A DNA stretch of 64,000 nucleotides from a bacterium. GTDB lineage: Bacteria; UBA8248. The notes beneath the pieces were generated by a model. It was not told the origin of the DNA and did not search any database. It saw nothing but the letters and a program-made list of their open reading frames with translations. Positions 19,532 to 29,983 of the stretch are shown piece after piece; within the stretch, counting starts at the first letter, position 1, and every line of letters starts with the position of its first letter. Where the stretch lies: contig OZ242260.1 of NCBI GenBank assembly GCA_965207065.1, positions 3,136,001 to 3,200,000 of the forward strand. Direction: 5' to 3'. The position numbers and the translations under genes were made by a program.

Positions 19532-19610
19532 GTCGATTTCCCCGATCCAGATGTTTAAGCTGAGTCAAGCTACACATATTGATGAAGATAAGATCATGAG
19601 GACGGAATTT

Positions 19611-20141
19611 ATGAATGACACCTCGAACAGACAACGAGTTACCGAGGACTACCGCAAGCGTGTATTGGACGTTCTAGTAGGCAGTTTATGGCACACCACA
19701 CGTCCGGATCGTTTTGTTTCGATACTTGAAGACGGGGCTGTACTGCCAGAACCCGATATCCCGGAATCGGATCGATGGAAGACGTCAAGGGGTCCCGAAT
19801 ACTATCCGTATGTGCGCACTCTGGGTGGCGTGAGCCTTTTCGATTTCAACGATTTTGATCAAGAGAGCTACGACGAGAAATGTCCCCTCAGCACTTGGCG
19901 TGAATTTGTTCCCTTTAGATCAGCTTGGGGATCTGCCGTATGGATCGAGATTGACAGAGAAGCAGTGAAGAACTGTTTGCTCTCTAGTAGTGAACTATTG
20001 GCACGTTTGAAAAAAGAAGGGGCATACCATCATACAATTATGCCACATATTGAAGCTGCCCATATCGGAATGATCCCCACAGAATCGTTTTCCCAGACTC
20101 TATTAGTGAGCGACAGCGCCATCGAAACTATCGACTTCTGA
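19611..20141 (+). CDS. Hypothetical protein, possible ADP-ribosyltransferase-like fold
   Basis: LWHTT..ILEDG.VLP, VSLFD, IEAAHIG.IP. Start uncertain (19551, 19596 or 19611). Confidence 0.6.
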   Translation: MNDTSNRQRVTEDYRKRVLDVLVGSLWHTTRPDRFVSILEDGAVLPEPDIPESDRWKTSRGPEYYPYVRTLGGVSLFDFNDFDQESYDEKCPLSTWREFVPFRSAWGSAVWIEIDREAVKNCLLSSSELLARLKKEGAYHHTIMPHIEAAHIGMIPTESFSQTLLVSDSAIETIDF

Positions 20142-20307
20142 ATGGCCGGGTTCTGTGCAAAGGACCCATGACATACCGATCGAGCGGGACGTTAATCATC
20201 GCGTTTGCTCCGATGATCCCCGTCATGATCCACAGTGCCGAATCCGAAATTCTACTGACTTAAGACAATAGGCGGAAAACATGAAAGTAAGGCGATCACT
20301 GACTAAC

Positions 20308-20474
20308 CACTAACTAAGACGTTCGTATACCAGCAAGGCTTTGGCGCTCGGCAAAATCTAACCATGATCGGAACTCTTTTGGGTGATGCCAAGAACAAAA
20401 CACCACCCAGTATGCCAGCGTTGCCCTCGAAAGCATCCGCTGCCCGAATCGGAAACAGCATCAACAACGATCTG
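20308..20474 (+). pseudogene. Decayed C-terminus of a tyrosine integrase
   Basis: Frameshifted translation H*LRRSYTSKALALG/NLTMIGTLLGD../TTQYASVA/KASAARIGNSI matches the HDLRHS..LGH..TTARYAH integrase box. Confidence 0.7.
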
Positions 20475-20759
20475 AATGCGGTATAGTTCTTGGTTCCAAT
20501 GAGCTATCACTCCTACCGGATGAATTAGTTTTCTCATTTGATCTGGTGCGGGAGTGATTGATCTCTATAAGCATTTTGGGGGGTACTCATTGAACAACGT
20601 TGCAGGCAATTTTTTACTGCATTACATTGAGACCTTGGCAAGGCCCCAGGGATGCATAAAACTTGCAAAACTGACAGTTAACATGGACCGCCCACCTAGA
20701 ACCAACGTTTACTTTGCTGACGAACGAAATCCACTTGAGTCTGGCGGAAGGATGGTGCG

Positions 20760-22952
20760 ATGAGCATCGAACGACGCTTCAATGTTTCCTTAGTCGCCGG
20801 AATGGCGCTTAAAGAGAAACAAATACAGCAGAACTATCGCCCCATTATAGGAGTTCACAAGTGGTTCGCCCGTCGCCCGGGAACCCTGTTTCGAGGCTTG
20901 ATTCTGGCGGAATTCGGAAACGCCCGCTTGGATGAACTTTTTTTTCAATCGAATGATTTTCCCGGACTCCGTATCGCTGACCCTTTCATGGGTGGCGGGA
21001 CGCCACTGATCGAGGCGAATCGGGTAGGATGCGACGTGGAAGGCTACGACATCAACCCAATGTCGGCTTGGATAGTCCGCGAAGAGATCGAGCAACTTGA
21101 TTTACCAACATACGTACGCGCCGCCAATGCTCTTATTGCCACGCTCCGCAACGAGATCGACGGTTATTACCGAACATCCTGCCCACGATATGGTGATTGC
21201 GACGTCCCCGTAAAATCCTTTCTGTGGGTCAAGATGCTCGATTGCGAAGACTGCGGGAGGCCATTCGATCTCTTTCCGGGCTATCTTCTCGCCGAGAACC
21301 GGCGGCATCCCAAAAACATTCTAATCTGTCCGGCGTGCGGCGACTTAAACGAAGTTGAGGACCGCAAGAGCCCCGGAACTTGTATCGCCTGCGGAACCGC
21401 CCTCCACCAGAATGGGCCCGCTCGTCGAGGGCGTTGCGATTGCCCGCATTGCGGACATACCAACGACTACCCGGGGAAAACACGACAACCACTCGTCCAC
21501 CGCTTGTTCGCAATCGAATATTACAATCCGCAACGAAAGGCGGAGCATAAAGGCCGTTTTTTCAAGAAACCCGATGAGGAGGACCTTGCCCGTCTAGCCT
21601 ACGTTGCAGGACGTTGGAATCAGATTGCGCCCCGCTTCGTGCCAGACCAGCAAATCCCGGCAGGTGATGAAACTACTCGTTTACATCGATGGGGTTACAA
21701 TCGCTACCGGGACATGTTCAATCCGCGCCAGCTCCTCGGTCTGGAACTGAGTTGCCGACTGATTGCCGAAATAGAAGACCAGCGTATCCGCTATGCACTC
21801 GCGACCAATCTCTCCGACCTACTTCGTTACCAAAATATGCTCTGCCGGTACGACACCATGGCCCTCAAGTCTCTTGACATTTTCTCTGTTCACGGCTTCC
21901 CTGTCGGACTGGTGCAATGCGAGTCCAACCTGCTGGGCATTGCCAATGGTGCCGGGTCGAATGTCGGCTCCGGCGGTTGGTCCAACATCGTCGGCAAGTA
22001 CGTCAAAGCCAAACGCTATTGCGAGGCGCCCTATGAGGTCCGTCACACGGGCTCGCGCAAGGTACGGGTTTTAATTAGTGGCGAACGGATCGGCGGGAGC
22101 CTCAACGGAACCCGCCGTGGTATCGCCATCCACTGCAAAAGTGCAACCGAAATTACGCTTGACCCAGCCAGCCTCGATGCCGTATTCACTGACCCGCCTT
22201 ATTTTGGCAACGTGCAGTACGGTGAGCTGATGGATTTCTGCTATGTCTGGTTACGTCGCCTTGTCGGGAACGAAGCGGAAGGTTTTGACCGTCCCTCGAC
22301 GCGGTCGCGAAACGAATTAACGGGTAATGTCACCCAAGAACGCGGCTTGGAGCATTTTACCGAAGGGCTGTCCGAGGTCTATTCGCGCATGGCCAATGCC
22401 CTGAAGCCCGGCGCCCCACTGGTGTTCACCTTCCATCACAACAAGCTTGACGCCTATTGCGCTGTCGGCGTAGCGATCCTGGACGCTGGCCTCGTCTGTT
22501 CTGCATCGCTGCCATGCCCCGCAGAAATGAGCGGGTCGATCCACATTCACGGCACGGCGTCGTCTATCATCGACACAGTTTTCGTGTGCCGGGATCAAGG
22601 CTGGACACCGCGGCAGTGGCTGTTTGAGTCGGTCGATGAGCTAGTTGTTATCGTCGCTGACGATCTTGCCCAACTCTCGCAAGGCGGTCGCAAACCGACG
22701 AACGGTGACACGAGGTGTATTATTTTTGGCCATCTCACCAGAATGGCAATCTGGAACCTAAGAAAGGATTGGAATTGCGGCAAGACCGTCGAAGAGAAAC
22801 TGGAACTCTTCGCCGAGGTTGTGGCGCAACTTGCCGATTTTCAACTGGTAGTTGATCGTCTTGAATCGCGCACAGCGCTGCCTGTAGAGGACGGGCCTCT
22901 TTTCGCAGACGCAGAATTGGTACAAAGGAATTGTGATGCCGTCACGTTTTAA
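20760..22952 (+). CDS. Amino (adenine)-DNA methyltransferase with Zn ribbons (DUF1156/COG1743-like)
   Basis: HKWFARRP, DPFMGGG, multiple CxxC pairs, TDPPY. Confidence 0.9.
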   Translation: MSIERRFNVSLVAGMALKEKQIQQNYRPIIGVHKWFARRPGTLFRGLILAEFGNARLDELFFQSNDFPGLRIADPFMGGGTPLIEANRVGCDVEGYDINPMSAWIVREEIEQLDLPTYVRAANALIATLRNEIDGYYRTSCPRYGDCDVPVKSFLWVKMLDCEDCGRPFDLFPGYLLAENRRHPKNILICPACGDLNEVEDRKSPGTCIACGTALHQNGPARRGRCDCPHCGHTNDYPGKTRQPLVHRLFAIEYYNPQRKAEHKGRFFKKPDEEDLARLAYVAGRWNQIAPRFVPDQQIPAGDETTRLHRWGYNRYRDMFNPRQLLGLELSCRLIAEIEDQRIRYALATNLSDLLRYQNMLCRYDTMALKSLDIFSVHGFPVGLVQCESNLLGIANGAGSNVGSGGWSNIVGKYVKAKRYCEAPYEVRHTGSRKVRVLISGERIGGSLNGTRRGIAIHCKSATEITLDPASLDAVFTDPPYFGNVQYGELMDFCYVWLRRLVGNEAEGFDRPSTRSRNELTGNVTQERGLEHFTEGLSEVYSRMANALKPGAPLVFTFHHNKLDAYCAVGVAILDAGLVCSASLPCPAEMSGSIHIHGTASSIIDTVFVCRDQGWTPRQWLFESVDELVVIVADDLAQLSQGGRKPTNGDTRCIIFGHLTRMAIWNLRKDWNCGKTVEEKLELFAEVVAQLADFQLVVDRLESRTALPVEDGPLFADAELVQRNCDAVTF

Positions 22953-23955
22953 TGCTGACTACAGCGATCCGGGTATTGACTGGGAGCCGCTTGTTAATGA
23001 AGTATTCAACGAATTGACGTCCAGTTTTCTCGAGATGCCGAAAGGCGAGGGCTTCATCGACTATTCGATATTCGAGAAAGGTTACCAAGCCCTTAAACGC
23101 CATACTAACGCCTTTGCAGATACGACTGCCGGGAATGTTCTCGCCGCCGTAAGGGAGATACCAATCTCCTTTGTTGTGTTTCGCTGCATTCTCGGTTTTT
23201 CGCCACCGGAATGGGCCTATGTGACGACTGATAGGACGAAGGTTGAGATTGAGCAAAATGCTGCGCGGGCTATTGATCGGAGAATTCGGGTCAAACCGCT
23301 TGAACCGTTGAATGAAGGTAGCAGCATCACGAGCCAGCGTATCCACGCCATGATCAATGCGGGCGTAGCTCTTGTGCGGGAGGGTGCAAACAGCATGCCA
23401 GCCGGGATATTGCACCGGCTTGATAAAGCCGATACCGTCAACGGGATCAATAGCATGCAATCTCTGGCTAATCTAGGTGCGCCTTATCCAGTTCTATTGT
23501 ATGAGCGGTTTCTAGGCCGACCCTACGCGACTCACCGCGATTCCGTAAGTGAACTGGTTGGCGAAGTCGTTGAAACGGCAGTCAAAAACATTTTAACAGA
23601 TGCCAAGGTAAGCATACGTGAGACTAAGCGTGCTGAGCGTATTCCAGGGTTCGACCAAGCTCCGGACTTCATAATTCCAGATGAATTTACCCCAGTTGCG
23701 GTCATTGAGGCAAAACTGACGGAAGATGACGGCACAGCACGAGACAAAGTTTCCCGCGTTCAACGTCTGCGGACTTTGCGGGACGAGATAAGCGGGGATT
23801 ACGACGTAATCGCTTGCATTGCTGGGCGTGGCTTCAAGGTCAGGCGTGAAGATATGAGACGATTATTACAGGCGACAGATGGCAAAGTGTTTACTCTCGC
23901 GACTTTGGACTTACTCATAGATAACACACGGATCCGAGAGTATCGCGTTAGGTGA
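22936..23955 (+). CDS. PD-(D/E)XK nuclease, putative restriction endonuclease
   Basis: APDFIIP..VIEAK motif. Overlaps the MTase 3' end. Confidence 0.75.
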   Translation: MPSRFNADYSDPGIDWEPLVNEVFNELTSSFLEMPKGEGFIDYSIFEKGYQALKRHTNAFADTTAGNVLAAVREIPISFVVFRCILGFSPPEWAYVTTDRTKVEIEQNAARAIDRRIRVKPLEPLNEGSSITSQRIHAMINAGVALVREGANSMPAGILHRLDKADTVNGINSMQSLANLGAPYPVLLYERFLGRPYATHRDSVSELVGEVVETAVKNILTDAKVSIRETKRAERIPGFDQAPDFIIPDEFTPVAVIEAKLTEDDGTARDKVSRVQRLRTLRDEISGDYDVIACIAGRGFKVRREDMRRLLQATDGKVFTLATLDLLIDNTRIREYRVR

Positions 23956-24170
23956 CAAAACGAAATATTGGATTCGTACCGTATCGTGTTCTTGCACGAT
24001 GATGGCGTTGCCAGGATTAGGCGCGTAATGCAGAGTTACTACGTTTTCATTTGCCCAACGAATCGGACGGAACTTGCTTAGTGATCATACAAAATAGATT
24101 GAATTCAGCCTCTAAAAGAGGGTAGTGGAATCTTTTTCCTTGCATGCGTTACTGCACCCCATGACCATCT

Positions 24171-25844
24171 CTAACTTGGCGTCAGGCTCCAGACTTGCAC
24201 AGCTATTTGCGACAGTTCTTGTTGTCGATTCTCAATAGCTTCAGTATCCCAAAATGGTTTATCCACGATCGATCGTGTGATTTCAATCCGGGATTGTTGG
24301 TAAACCGCCTTCTTGTCCTCGAAAGGATCATTATCTGCAGCGACGTTTAAATCACTATCCATGATCGTCAAATTGCCCAGTCTCTTATAGTAATTGGCGG
24401 CATCCTCATCAGATATGTGTCCCCAGTTTTCACTTGGAGTTTGTGGCAAAATGTGCTCCAGATTTACATCATCATGATGTTGATTGATACGTAACTCTTG
24501 GTTGCTGCTCGCGAAAGATTCGATAGTCCGCAAGTAATATCGAGCTAGGTAGTTTTTTGAAACAGTTGCATGCGAAAATACTTCTCCGAAACGTTGGTCA
24601 CTTGGCAGTGACGCACGGTTGAAGTCCAATAGTTGTTGAGCAGAAGTGATTTCTCCCGCAGTAATGTTTTTCGCTGATGTGGAGAACAGAGCCTCTAGTG
24701 ACCCACTACCACCAGAACCGCATATAAGAAAACGAACGGTCCATGAAACTAACATGGGCAGAGATTGTTGTATTTCGGCATCGTCAAACTCTCTAAGTAT
24801 AGCGAGAATAAGGGGGCGGTTTTGAATCACACGAAGCTCCCTAAATGACGATATCGCGTCTTGTACTCTTGCACCAAGATCACGCCATCTCGAATTTGAG
24901 GAGTCATACAGTGCAACATAGTCGGCTGCTGATTGGTTTAAATGGACTGCTAAATCTACGGCTTGTTTTGTTCCTGAAACACGTTCCTTTATTCTGTCGT
25001 ATAGTTCGCGTTCTCTTGTTGTTCCGTACGTCGACGACCACACATGACGAATAAAGGTCTTGATAGCTTGCTCGCGATCAACGCTTTCGATCCGACCCCG
25101 CATGCTGGTCCACGCGTCTTGAACCTCTAGTAGTCTCTGGCCAGACATTCGAAACAAGTAATTCTTCAGCAAATCAGTAATGGACAACTCAATGCCGCGA
25201 TCATTAAGAACTTCGAATATGGTGTAAGCATTTGCTTCGCTACTTACAGTAACTACAATGACTTTGACATTACTTTCGATGTAATCCAGCCAATCATTTA
25301 ATACGTCGATCGGCTCGTGAGATGGCCCGACAATAGTTTGAACAAACTTTTGAACTATCAATTTTGCTTCTCTTATCCTTTTATGTGCCTCGGTGGACAA
25401 ATCGGGGTCGGTATCGTCCACAATCAATGCTTGAAAGAAGGGGTTGTCGCTTTGATTAAGCACTAGATTGGGTTGAGCCTCCAAGGAACGCCGGTCTTGT
25501 TGTGCTATATATTGGGACTGAACTATCTTGGCACGTTCCGAGTCCCCTTTGTATCTAAAATAATTTCTAATTTCGGCGAGAAAGATCGTTATCGACGCTA
25601 AGCGCTGTTGGCCGTCGATAACGTGGAATCTTTGATTGTTCCCAGGAGTTAGAACGATCGTACCTAGAAAGTACTCGGGATCATTTGCCCGTATGGCATC
25701 GCCTATGTCTCTTAGAAGATCAGTGACTTGGTTCTCTTCCCATGCAAAGGAGCGTTGATACGGGGGAGTTTCGATCCTCTTGTCAGATATCAAATGGCCT
25801 ATGCCGTCTAAGCTGGCATCAATGCGGTCGATTGTTTCGGGCAT
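24171..25844 (-). CDS. DUF262-DUF1524 (GmrSD-like) modification-dependent nuclease
   Basis: PPYQRSFAW, IDGQQRL, IFEVLNDRG, LEHILPQ, RLGNLT. Confidence 0.9.
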   Translation of the reverse strand: MPETIDRIDASLDGIGHLISDKRIETPPYQRSFAWEENQVTDLLRDIGDAIRANDPEYFLGTIVLTPGNNQRFHVIDGQQRLASITIFLAEIRNYFRYKGDSERAKIVQSQYIAQQDRRSLEAQPNLVLNQSDNPFFQALIVDDTDPDLSTEAHKRIREAKLIVQKFVQTIVGPSHEPIDVLNDWLDYIESNVKVIVVTVSSEANAYTIFEVLNDRGIELSITDLLKNYLFRMSGQRLLEVQDAWTSMRGRIESVDREQAIKTFIRHVWSSTYGTTRERELYDRIKERVSGTKQAVDLAVHLNQSAADYVALYDSSNSRWRDLGARVQDAISSFRELRVIQNRPLILAILREFDDAEIQQSLPMLVSWTVRFLICGSGGSGSLEALFSTSAKNITAGEITSAQQLLDFNRASLPSDQRFGEVFSHATVSKNYLARYYLRTIESFASSNQELRINQHHDDVNLEHILPQTPSENWGHISDEDAANYYKRLGNLTIMDSDLNVAADNDPFEDKKAVYQQSRIEITRSIVDKPFWDTEAIENRQQELSQIAVQVWSLTPS

Positions 25845-26000
25845 CGCAAATCCCTTTTGTCAAGTAATGAGATTTTGGATCAAACGTCGGCTTAGAAACA
25901 CGAACGTCATGCCAAGAGTTTGCACGTAAGTCAAAGGGACTTGTGGATGCCATCACGGGTTAGATGCCGAGCAGGAGCCTTCTGGGGAAATGCGCTCATA

Positions 26001-29000
26001 TCACGAGGCTAGGGAAATGGAAATCGCGCGAGCACCTCGGCGGTTGAAAGCGAGCGAGCATTTTCCTCGTGCTCTGGTAGACAACTTATCCCACTCACTA
26101 GGGTCACTGTCTGCGCGGGATGCAAAGATAATTTTTGGAAATGGATACAATTTTAGAAATGCATAACCCTCTTCTTTGCGTTCAACGCGACAATCATACA
26201 TGATTGTGATGCCATCTCGTTCAGCAATGGCAGCTGCCTGTGTTCTGAATCGGCCCGGTGCTTTGTCATGAAGAGCTGTAAACAACACGCCCGCTTTGTC
26301 ATACTGGCCTTGAAGAAATAACTCACGAGCATACCAGAATTGGGCTTCGAAATTGTTGTCACCTTTGGTGAAACCCCGTCTTAGATGATCAATTGCTGCG
26401 TCGTTTTCGCCAGAAGCGATGAGGACACGGCCCATCTCGAGATGTGCTAACTTACTGGAGGGGTTAACCTCTAGGCAGGTTTTCAATACACGCTTACAAT
26501 TCTCCACATCTCCTGATTCTTGGTACATACGAGACAACCAGACAGCGAGCCAATCTTGCCTTGGATTAAGATTGAAAGCGCGCTCAAGAGCTGTCTTCGC
26601 TCGATCAGTCTGAGCGATACATTCTCTAAAGGTTGCCTCTGCAGCCAACAATTGAGAGCTTTCTGGGAAAATTTGAAGGCCGCGTTGGATCACAGTTTCA
26701 GTTTCTTTCGCAGCTTTGACGAAGTCGTTAGGAGGTTTTGTATTGTCAGACACAATAAGTGAGTTTGACAGTTCCTTGAACTCATCAATAGCGAGGCGAG
26801 CGCGCGTATATAGGTCGTACTCGCTGGGCTGGCGAATATTTCCACCGAGTTTTTCACGAGTGAACCGTCTTAAGCTTCGCTTCCTTAGTGGGTCATCTGT
26901 ATCATTGGCCATTCGGCGTGCAATTTCTGCTTGGGTATGTTGAATACTACGACTAGTTGAGTTTAGCTTAAATGCGTGTGTGGCCGCTTCTTCAGCTTGC
27001 ACAAGCGATCCGCCACCATGCTGTATCTCAAAAACGGCTCTTTGATGCCAAACGAAAGAGTCGTTAGGCATAGTTTCTTGCGCACGGTCATAGAACAGTC
27101 GCCCGAGTTCGATGCTCGGAAACATGTCGGCAATGCCCCTTCCTTTAATCAATCGAGAGAAAGTCTCAAGGTCTGACGAGTAATCAATGTTCATGGCTTC
27201 AATTAGTCTCGCGAGAAGATCAAACTTGTCTTCTGGGCTGGGCAACATCTGGTTGAAGACTATCTCGGCGACATGTTGATGGCGACTACGGTAGTAAACG
27301 TCACGTCTATGGTTGTCTTTGACGACATGCACGACATTTTCTAAGGGCTGGATCAATTCTTCTTGAAATTCCTCAAACCTAATCCCAGCAGCACGTGAAA
27401 TGAGTCCAACTCGTACGGGTGCATCGAATTGATGGAGGGCGCAAATATCAAGATATAGGTTACGGGCAGCCGCTGGTTCTATGCGTCGGAATTCGTCAAC
27501 GATTATTTCCTCGAAAGGAACTCCTAGAGTCGCTTCATGGAGAGCGACTAATAGCTGACGTTCTGCCCCTTCGATGAATTTTCTGGTCCGATCCTCTGGG
27601 GAGAGATTTTTAAGTAGACCGAGAGCATTGTGGTGTTCTAATAGGTTGAGAAGTGCTTGAATCTCCCGTTCGCTTAGATAACGGACAGGAAACTCTTGGT
27701 GTAAAAATCGTTCGAGATGCTCACAATAGATGTTCCACTCATTGTCTCTCTCGGCCCCAACAATGGTGAGCGGGATGGACTGAGATCGTGAGCTGTCAAG
27801 TAATTTCCGCAGTTCATCTCGGACGAGTGCAACACGATCGACAAATAGAAATATGCGTTTGCCCGTTAGATGATGAATTTCAGCAAGTGGTTCTATGCGC
27901 AATCCAGCCGGAATTTCATTGAATAGAACAAGGTTGTCGTAAGTAACACCTGCTTCCCAAGCGATGCGTTTGAGCGAGACACTCTTGCCATTGCCCCCTG
28001 GCCCTTTCAACATAAAAAATTCAGCTGTATCGCGTTCCTCTTCGGATAGAAGAACAGCGTCAACTAGTACCGAGTCAGAAAACGAACGGTGGGCATCCAA
28101 ATTTTGAAGTATGCAGCCCCAGCCATTGTCGTATCCATGGTAGAACTCACTAGGATTTTGACTAAGAGCTGTCAGTCCTGAGTGAACATGCGTGGTATCG
28201 GTGTCGAGATAACTTTTTAGAGACAACGATTCTGAAGGTTGCGGGATGCGGTAGTGTTTACGGATAGATAGCTCCCCACCACCAATATTTACAGGAATCG
28301 CTCTCGCAAAGTCAGGAACTGCTTGGTCAATTGTCCTTAGGAAATCCTCGAAGGTAGTTTCAACTGCAAACACACGGAGGTTTGCCCAGTATCGCTTTTC
28401 GAAGTCGCTAATTTTCGGAGATAAATAATAGTAAGGTGGCCTATCGATGTCAGAGTCAGTGAGGTCGAACAATAGTTCTTGAATATGTGGATCGGAAATC
28501 GAATAGCCCGAAAAAATGATTGGATATTCAAATCCCAGATCACGAAACCGATTGTAAAGACGAGTTCTTTTCTTCCCGTAACTTGCGTATTGCTCATTGC
28601 CGAGTATTAGTGGGATTTCCAAATCCGCATAGGATTCGATACAACCATGTAGCTTATAGAAACCGACGGGATTTGTTTCCTTATTAAGCCTTGAGTCAAA
28701 GTTGTCACCATCTTTTACTGATTTGACTAGGGTTTGCTGCGATGCTGGCACGCTTGTGTAGGCTCTTTCGATAATGAGATCGAAATTTGTGGTAGCAATG
28801 GCGCGCCACTGGAATGTAGGAATTAACAAATGAAAGTCTGCGGGTTCAAATGGCATGAATAGTTCGGAAATATACCTTTGGAATTCGGTCAGTCCTACTT
28901 CGTTGGCTGCCATAGCTGCTACGGCGTTGAGTGGTTTTTCCATCAGTTCATCGTTCAAAAATTTCTTACAGAGCCGGTAACGAAGTTCGTCGCCTTGCGG

Positions 29001-29111
29001 AATCTGATCTCCATCAGGATGTTTGGCTTTCAGGCTTGCACCCGCACCAAGAAAAAGCACGGTACGTTGCTCTCTAACTGCGTCAATCAGGGATGGAGGA
29101 ATGTCGACCAC
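26001..29111 (-). CDS. SIR2-like NADase + P-loop NTPase + TPR + C-terminal OB/cold-shock-like protein (Avs-like defence)
   Basis: VLFLGAGAS, TTNFD, YKLHG, GYSISD (SIR2_2). GPGGNGKS and FLFVD (Walker A/B). Helical TPR-like repeats. C-terminal EEGYAFLK..LAFNRRGARA. Confidence 0.85.
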   Translation of the reverse strand: MVDIPPSLIDAVREQRTVLFLGAGASLKAKHPDGDQIPQGDELRYRLCKKFLNDELMEKPLNAVAAMAANEVGLTEFQRYISELFMPFEPADFHLLIPTFQWRAIATTNFDLIIERAYTSVPASQQTLVKSVKDGDNFDSRLNKETNPVGFYKLHGCIESYADLEIPLILGNEQYASYGKKRTRLYNRFRDLGFEYPIIFSGYSISDPHIQELLFDLTDSDIDRPPYYYLSPKISDFEKRYWANLRVFAVETTFEDFLRTIDQAVPDFARAIPVNIGGGELSIRKHYRIPQPSESLSLKSYLDTDTTHVHSGLTALSQNPSEFYHGYDNGWGCILQNLDAHRSFSDSVLVDAVLLSEEERDTAEFFMLKGPGGNGKSVSLKRIAWEAGVTYDNLVLFNEIPAGLRIEPLAEIHHLTGKRIFLFVDRVALVRDELRKLLDSSRSQSIPLTIVGAERDNEWNIYCEHLERFLHQEFPVRYLSEREIQALLNLLEHHNALGLLKNLSPEDRTRKFIEGAERQLLVALHEATLGVPFEEIIVDEFRRIEPAAARNLYLDICALHQFDAPVRVGLISRAAGIRFEEFQEELIQPLENVVHVVKDNHRRDVYYRSRHQHVAEIVFNQMLPSPEDKFDLLARLIEAMNIDYSSDLETFSRLIKGRGIADMFPSIELGRLFYDRAQETMPNDSFVWHQRAVFEIQHGGGSLVQAEEAATHAFKLNSTSRSIQHTQAEIARRMANDTDDPLRKRSLRRFTREKLGGNIRQPSEYDLYTRARLAIDEFKELSNSLIVSDNTKPPNDFVKAAKETETVIQRGLQIFPESSQLLAAEATFRECIAQTDRAKTALERAFNLNPRQDWLAVWLSRMYQESGDVENCKRVLKTCLEVNPSSKLAHLEMGRVLIASGENDAAIDHLRRGFTKGDNNFEAQFWYARELFLQGQYDKAGVLFTALHDKAPGRFRTQAAAIAERDGITIMYDCRVERKEEGYAFLKLYPFPKIIFASRADSDPSEWDKLSTRARGKCSLAFNRRGARAISISLAS

Positions 29112-29700
29112 TTTTTTCCTTTCTTTAAGTAAATTACTACCAAAAGTAGTTCAATTTGTGCCTTCTCCTCACCCCCGCTTCCACGTCACGAAAACCAGCC
29201 ACCACGTCTCTCTCACCGCGTTCTCCAGATTGGGCCGCATGGCAACGCTACTAGGCGTACCGTAGGGGCGGCTTTCTCCCAGGCATCCGTGGCCGGGATG
29301 GCGGGGTCTTCCATGTCGTAGAGCGCGATGATACGGCGCGCGCTCGTTTTCGTTTCACTGTGTTACCGTCTCCGCTGTCGTCGTTTTGCCATTCTCCACC
29401 ATACTGGCACATGTTCTTTATAATGAAAACAGAAAAGCTCTAGGACCGAGGGGTTGCCTTTATTCAGTGTCTCATAATTCCTTTCTTCATTCGCCACAGA
29501 CGCGAATCGAGCACTTGCATGGTGTCCTATCCGGTGATTCCTGATCCGACGTTGGATAGCCGGACTCTAGAGAAGCGCTGCACGATAGCCCTACAGAAAT
29601 AAGCGATACCAATTTACTACAGTGTGATGTTGCCGGGAGGGGAGGAGTCCATCTCATCGCTTACCGACAGATACGCTCTAGGATACGCTGGAGTTGTAAC

Positions 29701-29845
29701 TCGTCCGCTTTCGATTTGATTACTTCTTAAAGCAAGCAAATCCTACACGAAACTCGCAAAATACAAATACCCGCAATACTTTCAATAAACTATATAGATT
29801 CCCCGCTCGACGGATATCCCCCACTGTCACTAAACGGGCGAAAAA
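29701..29845 (+). repeat. Cargo-boundary repeat, copy A
   Basis: Gapless alignment to 38442-38581, about 104/140 identical by hand count. Confidence 0.85.
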
Positions 29846-29983
29846 CTCAACAGGGAACTTGAAGAACTCGACCTATACCTGAGTGGGTAGCTTGATTCGT
29901 TTTTCGAAGATGGTCTCAAGGCAAATCCCGGGTTCATTCAGGCGAAAGAAAGCGCACTTATCCTGTGTCAGGGGGTATTCACT

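Noticed and set aside
19190-20141. RHH plus ART-like gene as a type II toxin-antitoxin pair
   Set aside because: The genes are not coupled and differ in base composition. The RHH fits a relaxosome-accessory position better, though a TA pair is not excluded.
20760-23955. BREX/DISARM or DUF499-type multi-gene system
   Set aside because: No PglZ, BrxC, DUF499 ATPase or SNF2 helicase genes are adjacent
29170-29395. Possible small decayed gene on the minus strand (MAKRRQRRR*..RIIALYDMEDP)
   Set aside because: Contains stops and frameshifts and matches no family I recognise
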